NCBI GenBank assembly: GCA_964016885.1
Contig: OZ024743.1
Location: forward strand, 314,340,001-314,404,000
Reading direction: 5' to 3'
DNA length: 64,000 bases
Source: Eledone cirrhosa
Lineage: Eukaryota
The notes beneath the pieces are model-generated. The model searched no databases, was not told the origin of the DNA, and worked only from the letters and a program-made list of their open reading frames with translations. Positions 40,546 to 58,339 of this stretch are shown piece after piece. How positions within the stretch are numbered: the first letter of the stretch is position 1; the number at the start of each line of letters is the position of its first letter. The translations under genes and the position numbers were made by a program.

Positions 40546-40883
40546 ATTATTTTTAACAATCTGTGAAAATGACCTAGGTTTTCTTTCAGGTTTAGACCGT
40601 TTTTTCTCCCAGTTTCTTGTGGGTAACCTCTGTTGAGATCTTGAGAGTGATCCGGTAATTCTACGGTTTTTTTGAAAAAACGATCCAAACCTGAAAGCAA
40701 ACCTATCTCCATAATTAATTTATTTGATATAAAAGATGCAGAAGCGAAAACCAAACAAACAGTGAGTGTGTTCTGCTATTATTACTAGCAATATTATTAC
40801 AACAATATGACCCTCCCCAAGTATAACAATATTTGTTTCGACACACGATTTCATATAAAAAACCTCGCAAAAATAATATATAT

Positions 40884-41194
<311 letters not shown>

Positions 41195-41382
41195 GTGTGT
41201 TGCTCTATTTAGCTGCTATTTTTTTTAGTAGTAATTGTAGACAGCAAGTCTTTGATTTTCCCGCTTTTACTTCGGTCCAGTTTATATACGGGTCACTTTT
41301 ACGACCTTTCAGACCTTTATTTGCTGGCAGGAGGTTATATATTTTGTCGTTCCTGGGACGTTTAGCCCTAGGAAGGGAAAAT

Positions 41383-41464
41383 GCTTCTCTGATGAGCTTT
41401 GGTTTTCCATCATAAATACATCGGATTTATGAGGTTTTACAAAGCGAAACTGATCAGTAAGGGC
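41383..41464 (+). ncRNA. Type I hammerhead ribozyme with extended stem II in a ~460-bp solo element (41195-41655)
   Basis: TTCT CTGATGA GCTTTG..TCATAAAT-ACATCGG-ATTTATGA..CAAAGC GAAA CTGATCAG TA AGGG, with palindromic stem III ACTGATCAGT. Confidence 0.85.
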
Positions 41465-41651
41465 CACTAGGAGAGGTAAATATTTATATTATATTTTTTA
41501 ATGTATTTTTAAAAATTGATTGAATTTTACTTGTTCTGCTTATCTTAATATTAAAGTTCTGGTGTATCAAATTAATACCATTGAACAACCTTGAATCATA
41601 GACAACCTATGTATTTCTGGGGGTACCTAGTATCCCTGGACATATTAACTT

Positions 41652-41724
<73 letters not shown>

Positions 41725-41727
<3 letters not shown>

Positions 41728-44700
41728 TCTTTTACCCTTTTACCTGTTTCAGCCATCCGGCTGAGGCTATGCTAGGGCACCGCCCTTGTTGCTACACATT
41801 TTATCTCCAGCCTGTATAGGTTGGCCACTGGTGTAAGAGGGAGTTTATTGCTGCTGCCGTTAGGTTTCCCTCGTGTCTTACTGTGGGCTCATCCGGGATC
41901 CTGGATAACAAGGTGTCGAGATGTTTCTTAAAGACATCCACCTCCACGTCATGCAAGTCTCTCAGATGCCTCGGCAGCCTGTTGAAGAGTTGAGGGCCCT
42001 TGAATCCCAGGCTATTGCAATACCTGCTCCTTATTCTAGATGTGGAAGACCTTTGGCACCACACAGTGACGTCCTGTTCGACGGTTGGTCCAGCTCCCAA
42101 TGCCAAAGTTTGGTGCTAGCCCTTCCAGGATTTTCCACATGTAGATCACTGCGTATCTCTCCCGTCTTCGCTCCAAGGAGTAGAGGTTCAGTTCCTTCAG
42201 CCTCTCCCAGTAGCTTGTCTCCCTCATCTTGGCAATCTTCTTGGTGTAGCTTCGCTGGATTGCCTCAAGCTCCGTGGTTAGTTTGACACTATGGGGTGGC
42301 CACAACTGGGAGCAGTAGTACAGGCGGCTTAGGACAAAAGTCCTCCACAGTGTCAACATGGTGTCTCGATCTCTTGTTCGGAAAGTCCTCAAGATCCAGC
42401 CAGCGAGTCGTCTGCACATTGTCGCCACTTTCATGATGTGTGAAGAAAAAGATGCATCATCGCTCATGGCTATGCCCAGGTCTCGTATCGATTTTGACAC
42501 GGGGATATCGGTCCCTCCTGGTCCTGTGTAGCTGTGTTCCACTATATTTGTGTTTGCAGGTTTGTATTGTAGGGCTTGGAATTTGCCAGCATTAAACTGC
42601 ATGTTGTTTTCTTCCGCCCATTTGTATATGGCATCCAGATCCTGCTGTAAAAGGGCAGCGTCAGCCGGGTTTTTGATTGCCTGTGCTACCTTAGTGTCAT
42701 CAGCATAGCTAGTGAGGGACGTTGTTGCATGCACCACAGAGGGCATGTCCGAGAGAGCCACCAAAAACAGTAGTGGTCCCAGGACTGTCCCCTGGGGCAC
42801 CCCACTTGTTATCGGTGTTTCCCTCGAGAGGGCCCCATTTGCTGCGACTGCCTGGCTTCTATCTCTTAGGAAGCCATGCAGCCACTCACCTACTTTTCCA
42901 GTTATGCCGAGTCCGTGTAGTTTGTGACATATCATTCCGTGGTCGACCTTGTCAAAGGCCTTCGCAAAGTCAAGATATATCACGTCCACATGTGAGCTGT
43001 CTAGTAGTTGTCTCAGTACCCAGTCGTAGTGATGTAGCAGCTGTGTAAGGCAGCTTCTTCCTGGGCGGAAGCCATGTTGCGTGCTAGTCAGGCGGTCATT
43101 TTCTTCGAGGAAAGTGATTAGTTTCTTTCTGACGAATCGCTCCATGACCTTACTGATATGCGACGTCAGGGAGACTGGCGTATAGTTCTTGGCCTCCGCT
43201 CTACTACCTCCATTATGGATAGGGCATATTATGCCTTCTTTCAGCTCCCTAGGTAGTACACTGCTAGCCAAGGAGCTTCTGAAGAGCATCTTCAGTGGAG
43301 TTGCTAAGGCCCGCTTACATATTTTTTAAGAGAACTGCTGGGAATCCATCAGGTCCAGCAACCGAGTCTGTTCTAATTTCATCAATGGCGTACACCACAT
43401 CCTCCTCCGTTATGTCTATGTGTTTGATGGTTGCCATTTCTTGATGTAGTGTTGTGGCATCAAATAACTCCTCTGGCTTCGTTATTTGCATGTGCCTCAG
43501 TGGACATGTGAACACACTTTTGTACTTTTCGTTCAGTATTTCACATATCTCTTGGGGGTTTTCGGTTAATGAACCGTCCGTGTGGAAGAGTGGCCCAATC
43601 TTGCAGTGTACTGAGGCAGTTTCTTTTGAAATTTAAAGAAGGCCTTAGGGTTTGTTTTAATGTTTTCTATGGCCCTGTTCTCTTTCTTTGCCCTCTCATT
43701 CTCATGTGAAAGTTTGAGTGCAATCTCGGTGTCAAGTAGTGCACGTTTCAAATAGGATTCCTTCTTGTTTTTGTTTTGTTGACTATTCAACTGGTTTGAG
43801 AGTTTAGTTCTACATCTCATTAGGATTTTCCTATCTCTGGGAATAAGATTTTTGTGTCTGTTTGCCTTTTTCTCCGGGACAAACTTTTTGCATATAGTGT
43901 GTATCGTTGTCATGAAGTGTTGAAATTGTGTGTTAGTGTCTTGTGTGACGGTGTTTTTACTCCATGTTTGCTTCCGGATTTCACTCTTAATCTTTTTCCA
44001 GTTAGCCTTGTAGAAGTTAAGGCTGGATAGCGTCCCGGAGCTTCTTGGTCGTTTTGTCTCTGTTGGTTCTCTTGGACCACATCTCATTAGCTCTACTAAG
44101 TTATGATCCGAGAGAATTGTTGGTGTCACCTTTACATTGTGGATGAGCACTTCGTTGTTTGTAAAACAGAGGTCCAGGACATTTTCGCCTCTTGTTGGGA
44201 GGAGTATTGCTTGCTCCATGAACAGCCTGTGTGTGAGGGACAGCAGGGATTCCGTCTGTCTCTGTTCTATTGACGTCATTCCAGGGAGGAGGTGGCCCTC
44301 AGGCCATTTGACCTTTGGTAGGTTGAAGTCTCCCAGCTTTAGGATGTTGAGACCCTGGTCCAGTTTGTCAAGGACCTCTTCTCTCCTACTTAGGCTATCC
44401 TCAAATTTACACTCATGACTGGGGGCATCGGGCGGCCGATATGTGACACATATTACTGTCTGTAGTTGCTTCATATGTATTATCAGTGTGTCACAGACTG
44501 AGTTTGAATGTGTCAACAGTACAATTGGTGTGACATCTTCACGGATATACAGAGCAACCCCACCATGAGTTCTCTCCTTCCTGTCCGAACGAAATACAGT
44601 ATATTTCGGTATATGTATTTCTGCATCTGCTATACTGCTTGTCAGGTGCGTTTTGGTTAGTGCCATGCATAGTGCTTGATTGCTTATGGCTAAGTCTCCC

Positions 44701-45790
44701 AGGTAGGAAATTTTACTCATGTTACTGAGTTTCACCAGGCCCCTGACATTCAGCAGCAGCACTGGTGTGACTTTTGCGGTGCCATTAATGGCTGTCGGTA
44801 TGACACCTGGTCTGGTGTCAGCGGCGGCCACTCTGGGTCCTTAACTGTGATGGTCTCGAGTGCTGGTGTGGATGACCCTGGCTCTGGAGACGATGCAGCC
44901 AGGTCAGCTGTCCCACAATCTTCTCTGCCATCACTGAAAATTTATTCTGATCTGTTGCTGCCATCTGTATCTCGTCGGCATGTGCGTGCCTTCTCCTTGT
45001 TGGTGCGGCACGCGCGACATCAGCATACTTCTGGAGCAGCTTATTTCGGGTTTGCCTGGGGCATGTTGCACGAGTATGGTGGGCATAGTTCGTTTGAGAC
45101 CTAGGGTGGGCGAATCTGCATCCCATCCCTGTCTCTCCATGCCAGCATGTCACGTTCTTGAAAAACTTGCACATTACTTGGGTTTTTTTGCTCCCAGTGT
45201 CTCGGTGCTTTCTGTTCTTCCTTTGAACAGTTGTCGACTGGTCCCTCTGCGCTTGGTTCTCCTTCGGACGGTGATTTCGCTTTTCACCTTTGCCCTTTGC
45301 TTGTTGGTTGCCCGGCCTGCCCTCCCTGCCTGTGGCGGAGGGTATATCATTTTCTTTCAGGTCCGTGCTTGTGCTCTCCTCCTTTTCTTTTTCCTCTTCC
45401 TTTTCCCTCTCATTCTCCTCATCGCTCTCTTCGGTTTTCTCCTCCCCGAGGACACGGCTTAACATCGTCATATGTGGCGCTATGAGGACATACGCCTTCT
45501 CAATTTCTTTTCTCTTTCTCTCTATCTGTGCCAGGGTCCTCAGAAACCCATGGCTCTTCAGGTTTTCCGCCATCTTTTTGCTTGGTGGAGACCCATCAGC
45601 CATGGTCCACCCCTTGATCAAAACCGCTAGTTCCATCTTTGAGCAGTTTCGTTGACTGCTAATTTCACCTTTTTCCTGCATGCAGTCCATTTCGCTGTGG
45701 AGGGGAGAAAGAGAGACAGTAGGAAGTGTAGGGTAGAGGTTAGAATGGGACAGAGGGAGGGAGGGAGGGAGATAGAGATATAACTCCAGT
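41725..45790 (-). mobile_element. CR1-group LINE, near full length, frameshifted (ORF1 with CCCH zinc finger, APE, RT)
   Basis: ORF1 [26 protein letters not shown]2 pieces at 43566-44831, 43315-43515, 42036-43289 and 41801-42106 (YADD, GVPQGTVLGP, LERRRERY). 3' end GCTGAAACAGGTAAAAGGGTAAAAGAG. Confidence 0.92.
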
Positions 45791-46000
45791 GATATATATA
45801 TATATATATAACCATTTTGTTTGTTTACCCTAGCGTCCCCTTTATTTACGTGTCCCAACGACCTTTTTTTAGCCGTTGCTCGCACCAACCTGAGGTATAT
45901 GGCCTTTAATGCGACGAAATGCCTACGACGGTTGGATGACCACTGATGAGGACAAACTTTTTCATATGTAACCCATTTGCAGCGCCGCACATCCATTATT

Positions 46001-46624
<624 letters not shown>

Positions 46625-46844
46625 ATTAAGTTAAAAATGTACATCTACATATGCATACTGAAATACTAGTATGCATATGAATACACACACGTATACATAT
46701 GTAGATGTACCAAGTCTTTCACTGGTTACTTTACTGTGAGTATCCAGCTATTCTGTATGTAAACACACACACAAACCGGTTTTTAGAGTCATACTGGTTT
46801 TTGAGGAAACACCTTTCCTCTATTCTCCAAAAAGCCAGACAAGG

Positions 46845-46889
46845 AATATTGAACTAGTTTCGTTGTTGTTACAACTCATCAGCAATATT
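46845..46889 (-). ncRNA. Type I hammerhead ribozyme (inverted copy)
   Basis: Reverse complement of 47131-47175. Confidence 0.9.
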
Positions 46890-47130
46890 TACCTATCTAC
46901 CGGCCTTTCTGGAGAATCATAAAAGCACATATCGTTATATGCCTTTTCTATGAAAATTAGTAGTGGGCAGACCAATTTAATTTCGTTTCGTTATTTGTTT
47001 TTATCGTCTCCGTTGAACCGGTACGTACTCACGCTCTATGCAAATTGGTCTGCCCACTACTAATTTTCATAGAAAAAGCATATAACGATATGTGCTTTTA
47101 CGATTCTCCAGAAAGGCCGGTAGATAGGTA

Positions 47131-47175
47131 AATATTGCTGATGAGTTGTAACAACAACGAAACTAGTTCAATATT
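47131..47175 (+). ncRNA. Type I hammerhead ribozyme
   Basis: AATATTG CTGATGA GTTG-TAACAA-CAAC GAAA CTAG TT CAATATT. 7-bp stem I, palindromic stem III ACTAGT, GUU cleavage after 47168. Confidence 0.93.
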
Positions 47176-47596
47176 CCTTGTCTGGCTTTCTGGAGAATAG
47201 AGGAAAGGTGTTTCCTCAAAAACCAGTATGACGCTAAAAACCGGTTTGTCTGTGTGTTTACATACAGAATAGCTGGATATTCACAGTAAAGTAACCAGTG
47301 AAAGACTTGGTACATCTACATATGTATACGTGTGTGTATTCATATGCATACTTGTATTTCAGTATGCATATGTAGATGTACATTTTTAACTTAATTGTTT
47401 AAGCGTCAGTCATACAAAAGTGAGTTACAAACGAAACGAAATTTAATTTCGTTTCGTTATTTGTGTTTATCGTCTCCGTTGAACCGGTACGTACTCACAC
47501 TCTATGCAAATTGGTCCGCCCACTACTAATTTTCATAGAAAAAGCATATAACGATATGTGCTTTTACGATTCTCCAGAAAGGCCGGTAGATAGGTA

Positions 47597-47638
47597 AATA
47601 TTGCTGATGAGTTGTAACAACGAAACTAGTTCAATACT
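47597..47638 (+). ncRNA. Type I hammerhead ribozyme (second tandem copy)
   Basis: AATATTG CTGATGA GTTG-TAA-CAAC GAAA CTAG TT CAATACT. Cleavage after 47631. Confidence 0.9.
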
Positions 47639-47724
47639 CCTTGTCTGGCTTTCTGTAGAATAGAGGAAAGGTGTTTCCTCAAAAACCAGTATGACTCTAA
47701 AAACCGGTTTGTCTGTGTGTTTAC

Positions 47725-49621
47725 AGAGAACACCAGAGAACACCTGAAAGCTGCCAGGGACCAATTCTATGCTGATCCTACGGAGGAGAGGATGGAGACT
47801 GTGGAGGCGATGAGGGAAGAGCTCTGTACCGCTTACACTGAGGTCAGAGAGGAGGCACGGATAGAGAAGATCAGAAGTGTGGAGAGAGCGGTTGACAGAT
47901 CTGGATGTAGGGAGAGCTGGATGATCATCAACGAGATCACAGGGAGGAAGAAAAGGTGTTCGAGTCAGATCCAGGGAACGGGGCCCGAGGATAGGAAGAG
48001 GAAATGGCTAGACCATTTTAGGACCCTACTAGGAGAGCTACCCTCCACAGCCCAGAGCAGTGGGGAGATCAGGCGGCTGTTTGAGGAACTGGATGTTGAG
48101 ACAGAGCCCTTCACCAGAGAGGAGCTTCAGAGAGCCAAGAAGAAGATCAAGGAGGGCAAGGCTCATGGAGAGGATGGAGTCGCATCAGAGGTGATGAAGA
48201 GGTGTGATTTTGATGATATCATCCTGGGGTTCTGTAACGGGGCACTGGAGAAAGGAGTTGCCCCGAATCAGTGGAGGATCAGTAACATCGTCCCAGTGCC
48301 AAAGAAGGGAGATCTCTCTAACACCAACAACTACTGGGGGATCTCACTGACGTCACTTGTGGCAAAGACCCTCAACAGGATGATTCTTAACAGGATCCAG
48401 CCTGAGATGGAGAAGAAGCTCAGGGACAACCAGAACGGCTTCAGAGAGGGTAGATCAACCACCAGTCACATCCTGATGCTGAGGAGGATATTAGAGGGAG
48501 CTAGAGCAAAGTGCCTTCCTGCGGTCATGGTTTTCATTGACTTTAGGAAGGCCTTTGATTCTGTGGACCGTTACTGCCTGATGAAGATCTTACAGGCTTA
48601 TGGAATCCCCAAGAGGATAGTGGACCTGATATCACTGCTCTACACCAACACCAAAGCCCAAGTCATTACACCTGATGGGATGACAGAGTTCTTTGAGATA
48701 CTGGCTGGAGTGCTCCAGGGAGATACATTGGCTCCCTACCTTTTTATCATCGTAGTGGACTATTGTATGCGCCTTGCACTGGAGAAATACCAGGACACTG
48801 GCTTTTCTGTAGCACCGGCTCAGAGCAGGAGAGTTGGGGCGAAAAAGGTATCGGATGCTGAATTTGCCGACGACATAGTTTTGGTGACAAATACAGTGAA
48901 GGAGGCAGAGGATTTGATGCGGGAGGTTGAGACTGTGTCGATGAGTGTGGGGCTGAGAATGAATGAGACTAAAACAAAATATCTGGTGGAGAATGTTGAG
49001 AAGCCAGAGGGGATCACTAATGTAGGCGGGAAGCCGCTGGAATTGGTTGAGGACTTCCTGTATTTGGGAGCAAAGATTGGGAATACGGAAGATGATGTGG
49101 TTGGGAGGAAGAGCAAGGCCTGGGCGGCGTGTCACAGCTTGAGATCGGTGTGGAAGTCGGACCTTCGTAGAGACCTGAAAATCCGCCTCTTCATTGCTGT
49201 AGTGGAGTCTGTGCTGCTGTATGGGTCTGAGACTTGGACACTGACCAAGAGACTCACTCAGATGGTGGATGGGTGCTACACGAGAATGCTGAGGATGGCT
49301 CTGAACATTAATCAGTATACACTGAGGATGAAAAACTCAGAGCTGTATGGGAGCATCCCAAAAGTCAGCTCAAAAGTGACACAGAGGAGACTGAGGTTGG
49401 CTGGACATGCTCACCGACATCCAGAGTTGACATTGCACTCAGTGCTCCTTTGGGAGCCCCTACATGGACACACTAGAAGAGGAAGACCAAGGTTAACATA
49501 TGTTGATGCCCTAAGGACAGACACTGGTCTGTTGGAGATGCAGGATATGGCAGCGATAATGAGGGACAGAGACCGCTGGAGAGAACTCGTCCATGGATCT
49601 CGGAAATTTTACCCGCCTTAG
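47725..49621 (+). mobile_element. RTE-clade LINE, 5'-truncated, open RT ORF (~630 aa)
   Basis: [51 protein letters not shown]. No endonuclease domain retained. Confidence 0.94.
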
Positions 49622-53400
<3,779 letters not shown>

Positions 53401-53756
53401 TGTGATGCATTTCTTGTAGGTGCTGTATCCAAATCATGTGTCATGTATTATCCGCCGCTTGAGGATTCCCTCTAATGAAAGTGTTGGTCTGCATTAGTAA
53501 AAGGTTCATGTATACATCATCGGAGGGTATGGATGTGTCCTTTAGGGAGGAAGTGTTGTGGAACAATTCCATTTTGCTCCAGGTAAACTCTCGACTAGGT
53601 AAGGAGCTATATATCCAGGAAGTGTAACTTGGAGTTAATGTAGGTTGACCCGGGTGAGCACTCGATGTTCAGGTTCACTTCAGTGTCGAGGTGTATAACT
53701 AAACAGAGTGTATTATAGTGAAATAAAATAACAAGGACGATTGTTTACTCCTATTC

Positions 53757-53793
<37 letters not shown>

Positions 53794-53796
<3 letters not shown>

Positions 53797-53985
53797 CAAA
53801 TTAAAGTTTAAGCAAATAATCGTTGGTTTCACCCTTAACGTTAAGGGTGAAGCTCCGATTTTTTGCTTAAACTTTAATCTGTTACTTTAATAAATATCTG
53901 CTCTAGGGTTCTTATATATTTGATATATATTTATTCTTATCGAGCCCTCTTTCGATTTTAGTCTTCAAATTTATTATTATTACTA
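53794..53985. mobile_element. Family C pLTR element folded back at the HHR stem II loop
   Basis: TTCACCCTTAAC|GTTAAGGGTGAA centre at 53839/53840. The tail matches 20560-20690. Confidence 0.75.
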
Positions 53986-53989
53986 TATA

Positions 53990-54049
<60 letters not shown>

Positions 54050-54054
<5 letters not shown>

Positions 54055-54350
54055 GATGTTGGATGCTTAAAACGTTCGTATGCGGTAGGCCGTATGAGCA
54101 CTCGATGCCCTCATAGACAGAGTATGATATCACAGAAAAAAGGAAAGGAATTTATTGGACATATTACAATTGTTTCTCGGGCGACCAGCTCGAGACACGA
54201 TCGATGTGGTGATCAAACCTGACTCTGAAATCGCGCGGTCCTTGGATACGTCTCGATTCTACGTATAATCGAGACGTATCCGAGGCCCGAGAAACAATTG
54301 TAATATGTCTTTTCGTCGCAACACTGATTCTCTTTTTTCTGTGATATTTG
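54050..54350. mobile_element. Fold-back pLTR-type remnant with HHR 3' halves
   Basis: GACATATTACAATTGTTTCTCGGG...CCCGAGAAACAATTGTAATATGTC, with internal hairpin GGATACGTCTCGATT/AATCGAGACGTATCC. Confidence 0.65.
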
Positions 54351-54379
54351 TATATATATATATATATACATACATATAT

Positions 54380-55335
54380 ATACCGTCATCCCTCATGATA
54401 ACGGCTTCCGCGCTCTCCGACACTGTTTAGACTTACGCCCTACCCCTTGCCCTTGCAGTACCACTCTTCTCCGTCTAGCTGAGCTTGTTTTGACCCTCAC
54501 TGGATTTTCCTTTTCCGGTGAATTCTATCAGCAGGTTTTTGGGGTAGCGATGGGAACCAGAATGGACCCAAACTATGCCAAGTTGTTTCTTGGCTACGTC
54601 GAAACCAAGATCTTCTCCCAGTATACTGAACCTACACCTGAAATGTACAACTGTATCGGCTCCAGCTCTCTATCACGTGTTTATTAGACTGCTTTCTATC
54701 TTTTGTTCAATCTTTTCATCCCGCTCTCATCTTCACAGCCCCTGTCTCTGTCCGATTCTGTCCCTTTTCTAGCTATCTCTCTATCTAAAGATCGCTCTCA
54801 CCACACCCTCTCTACCTCCATCTTCTATAAACCTACTGACTCCCATACTTATCTTGACTTCACCTCCTCCCATCCAACCCACACCAAACTCTCCATACCC
54901 TACTCCCAATTCCTCCGTCTCCGTCGGCTCTGTAGCCAGGACCACAATTTCAAAACCAATTCCCTTCATCCACCGTGGAGATCTCCCCCACCCTGATGCA
55001 AGCTGCTCCCACCCGAGCCCGTGAAACCAACCGTACCACAGAACTCTCACCTTACTAGAGCCCTCCGAACAACCGCCTTCCTTTCTCTCTCACCTACCAA
55101 CTCATCACCCGACCTCTCCGGCGGTATATACCCCCTTCCGTCCGCAACCTCTCTTCTGACCACGTCACTTCTCGCCTTTTTCCTAACCCATCTATCACCG
55201 CATTTAAGCGCGCCCGTAACCTCCGCAACATCCTGGTACGTATTTCCTTCTCGTCCTCTCCTACGATTCAACTCGGCTCTCATCCTTGTTCTCACCCTCG
55301 CTGTAACACGTGTCATTTCATTTTCAACCTCACCA
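54380..55335 (+). mobile_element. Neptune-type PLE RT fragment, degenerate
   Basis: FSFSGEFYQQVFGVAMGTRM, KPTDSHTYLDFTSSHP, SIPYSQFLRLRRLCS. Confidence 0.88.
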
Positions 55336-55358
55336 CTCTATATATGTATGTATGTATG

Positions 55359-55955
55359 TCTCATGGTCGGGTCGTTGGCGACTAAACTGGCAACCCCACC
55401 AAGGTTTCTTGGTGAGGAGGGTGACTTTGGACATCCTGCAGGACTAAAAACAAAACCTGTCAAAGGGCAAAGGAGCTCTTAAGAGTCAATGGCCTTCCAA
55501 AATCACTGGGAGAGATGACCCCTTAGCTTTTGTCAAGGAAGAATTCTAGGAGTAGGAAAACTCTGATATAACACCTGCAACCCTGATGGTATCCAATGAT
55601 GTTGACTTGTTCTTCATTTTGGTAAATATCATCTTGGTTAAGAGAGTGGGACTGGCTTTGTGCAGTGCCTTTGCTCACTATAAAAGCTTCACGGCACAGG
55701 GATTGCTTTATATCTGGAGATCTCTCTGCACTTGTTGGCACATGGTACCATGGGCCCAGCACTGTGTCAATAATTGTCACAAGTGTAGTGTTTGTACCAG
55801 TTTTCAAGTCGCTGGCTGGACTAAAAAGTCACACTCGTTCAGCGCATCAGTAGGGGTTCTCCTACATGGATATAAAGTAGTGGCCGTACTCGAAAACGAG
55901 TTGGCAGCCACCATATATATATATATATATGTGTATATATGTATGTATATGTATG

Positions 55956-55987
<32 letters not shown>

Positions 55988-56945
55988 TGTGTGTATGTAT
56001 ATATATGTTTGTATTTACCAGGTGCTACTGGTAACATGTATCCCAGTACAACCTGTCTCATGGTCGGGTCGTTGGCGACTAAACTGACAACCCCACCAAG
56101 GTTTCTTGGTGAGGAGGGTGACTTTGGACATCCTGCAGGACTAAAAACAAAACCTGTCAAAGGGCAAAGGAGCTCTTAAGAGTGAATGGCCATCCAAAAT
56201 CACCGGGAGAGATGACCCCTTAGCCTTTATCAAGGCAGAATTCTAGGAGAAGGAACACTCTGATATAACACCTGCAACCCTGATGGTATCCAATGATGTT
56301 GACTTGTTCTTCTTTTTGGTAAATATCATCTTGGTTAAGAGAGTGGGACTGGTTTTGTGCAGTGCCTTTGCTCACTATAAAAGCTTCACGGCACAGGCAT
56401 TGCTTTATATCTGGAGATCTCTCTGCACTTGTCGTCACATGGTACCATGGGCCCAGCACTATGTGTCAATAATTGTCACAAGTGTAGTGTTTGTACCAGA
56501 GTTTTCAAGTCGCTGGCTGGACTAAAAAGTCACACTCGTTGAGCGCATCGGTAGGGGTTCTCCTACATGGATATAAAGTAGTGGCCGTACTCGAAAACGA
56601 GTTGGCAGCCACCATGTATGTATGTATGTATGTATGTATGTATGTATGTATGTATGTATGTATGTATGTATGTATGTATGTATGTTTGTTTGTATGCATG
56701 TATGTATGTATGTACGTATCTATGTATGCATGTCGGGCCATTCTTAAGTGCTACTGGTAACATGTACTGGTAACACAATACGACCTGTCGCATGGCTGAT
56801 GCGTTGGCGACTAAACCGGCAAAACCCCTTCAAATTTACTTGGTAAGGAGGAGGGTGATTTTGGACACCCTGCAGGACAAAAAACAAAACCTGACAAAGG
56901 GTGGCAGAACTCATAAGAGTGAACAGCCATCCAAAAATTTGTAAA
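55359..56945 (+). mobile_element. Head-to-tail array of RTE-derived non-autonomous elements (55359-55913, 56017-56614, partial 56733-56945)
   Basis: Period about 697. Contains CTAGGAGAAGGAAMACTCTGA, typical of RTE 5' UTRs. 3' stem-loop ACTCG-AAAA-CGAGT and (TATG)n tails. A diverged relative lies at 58130-58340. Confidence 0.75.
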
Positions 56946-56956
56946 GATGCATATAC

Positions 56957-57071
<115 letters not shown>

Positions 57072-57239
57072 AAGAATCAAAGAACTGTTCAAAACATTAT
57101 TGTGCTTACAGCTGTTTCCTCCAAACCGAGGTTTGGATTCTTCGGAGCAATTTATTAATGCATGGACAGTTATATGACCTCCTTTTCAGCCGAGAGACAT
57201 ACCAAATACATATTCAAACATTGATACATATTCAAACAT

Positions 57240-57270
<31 letters not shown>

Positions 57271-57837
57271 GCATCTTTACAAATTATATATATATATATA
57301 GATGAGATTCTACAGGACTATAACTGATTCATTCTTTAGAAATCATCAGGAATCTGGGTATTCAAAAATAAGTATGGTATTTATAGGTCTCTTCAGGTGG
57401 TAGGAGAGGGTAGGGAGTAGGAAGGGTGTAGGTCATTGGTTGATAGAAAAGGGAATTCATTAAAAGCTAATTCTTCAAAGCTATAGTTTATTTTTAGAGT
57501 AACTAAAGCAGAAAGAATTCTATAAACAAGTTCAAGATGGGGTGCCACTCCTTATTTTTAAGTTTCTCTTAAGCTAACAGGTGTCTATAAGATCATTGGG
57601 GGTCAGTCATGATTGATGGATTTCAAGAAAAGGGAGCTTCTTTAATAGCTACATTCTTTAAGGTTCTACTAAGTGACAGAGGCCTAGAGAATTCTGTAGA
57701 CCAATTCAAAATATTGAGTGCATATCAGACGATTATCTTCAAATTTCTCTTAAACTATTCAATTATATGCCAAAAATCAACAGACACTTTCACAAACACA
57801 CTCACTCACACACTCGCGCGCACCCACATACACCCAC

Positions 57838-57898
<61 letters not shown>

Positions 57899-58002
57899 TA
57901 CATATACATATATATACATACATATACACACACATATATATATACACACATACGCATACATACATATATACATATATATACATATATATATATATATATG
58001 TA

Positions 58003-58070
<68 letters not shown>

Positions 58071-58075
58071 AATAT

Positions 58076-58114
<39 letters not shown>

Positions 58115-58339
58115 CGCGGGGATATAGAAATCATCAGGTTGGATGCCCGATCGCTTGGTTAAACCACTGGGAGTGAAGGACCATTAGCCTTTGTCAGGGC
58201 ATATTTCTAAGAAAAGGCAACTCAGGAAACTGGGATAACTCCGACATTAAACCTGCGGCTCAGTAGTTACCGATGATGTTGATATTTTCTTCTTTTCGGG
58301 TTATAGCTACCGTCGCTCAGAGAGTGGGATTGGCATCAG

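Larger units (their letters stand above)
37667..40730 (-). mobile_element. Neptune-type PLE, second copy of the 1300-4822 family, internally deleted
   Basis: ORF fragments 38497-38808, 39051-39341 and 39481-39801 match copy 1. pLTR at 37667-38070 has an HHR at 37820-37858 (GAAA mutated to GAAC). Most of the GIY-YIG region is deleted near 38355. Confidence 0.92.

Noticed and set aside
45880-45960. GAAA...CTGATGAG arrangement resembling a type II hammerhead
   Set aside because: Stem II and stem III do not pair and the NUH triplet is absent.
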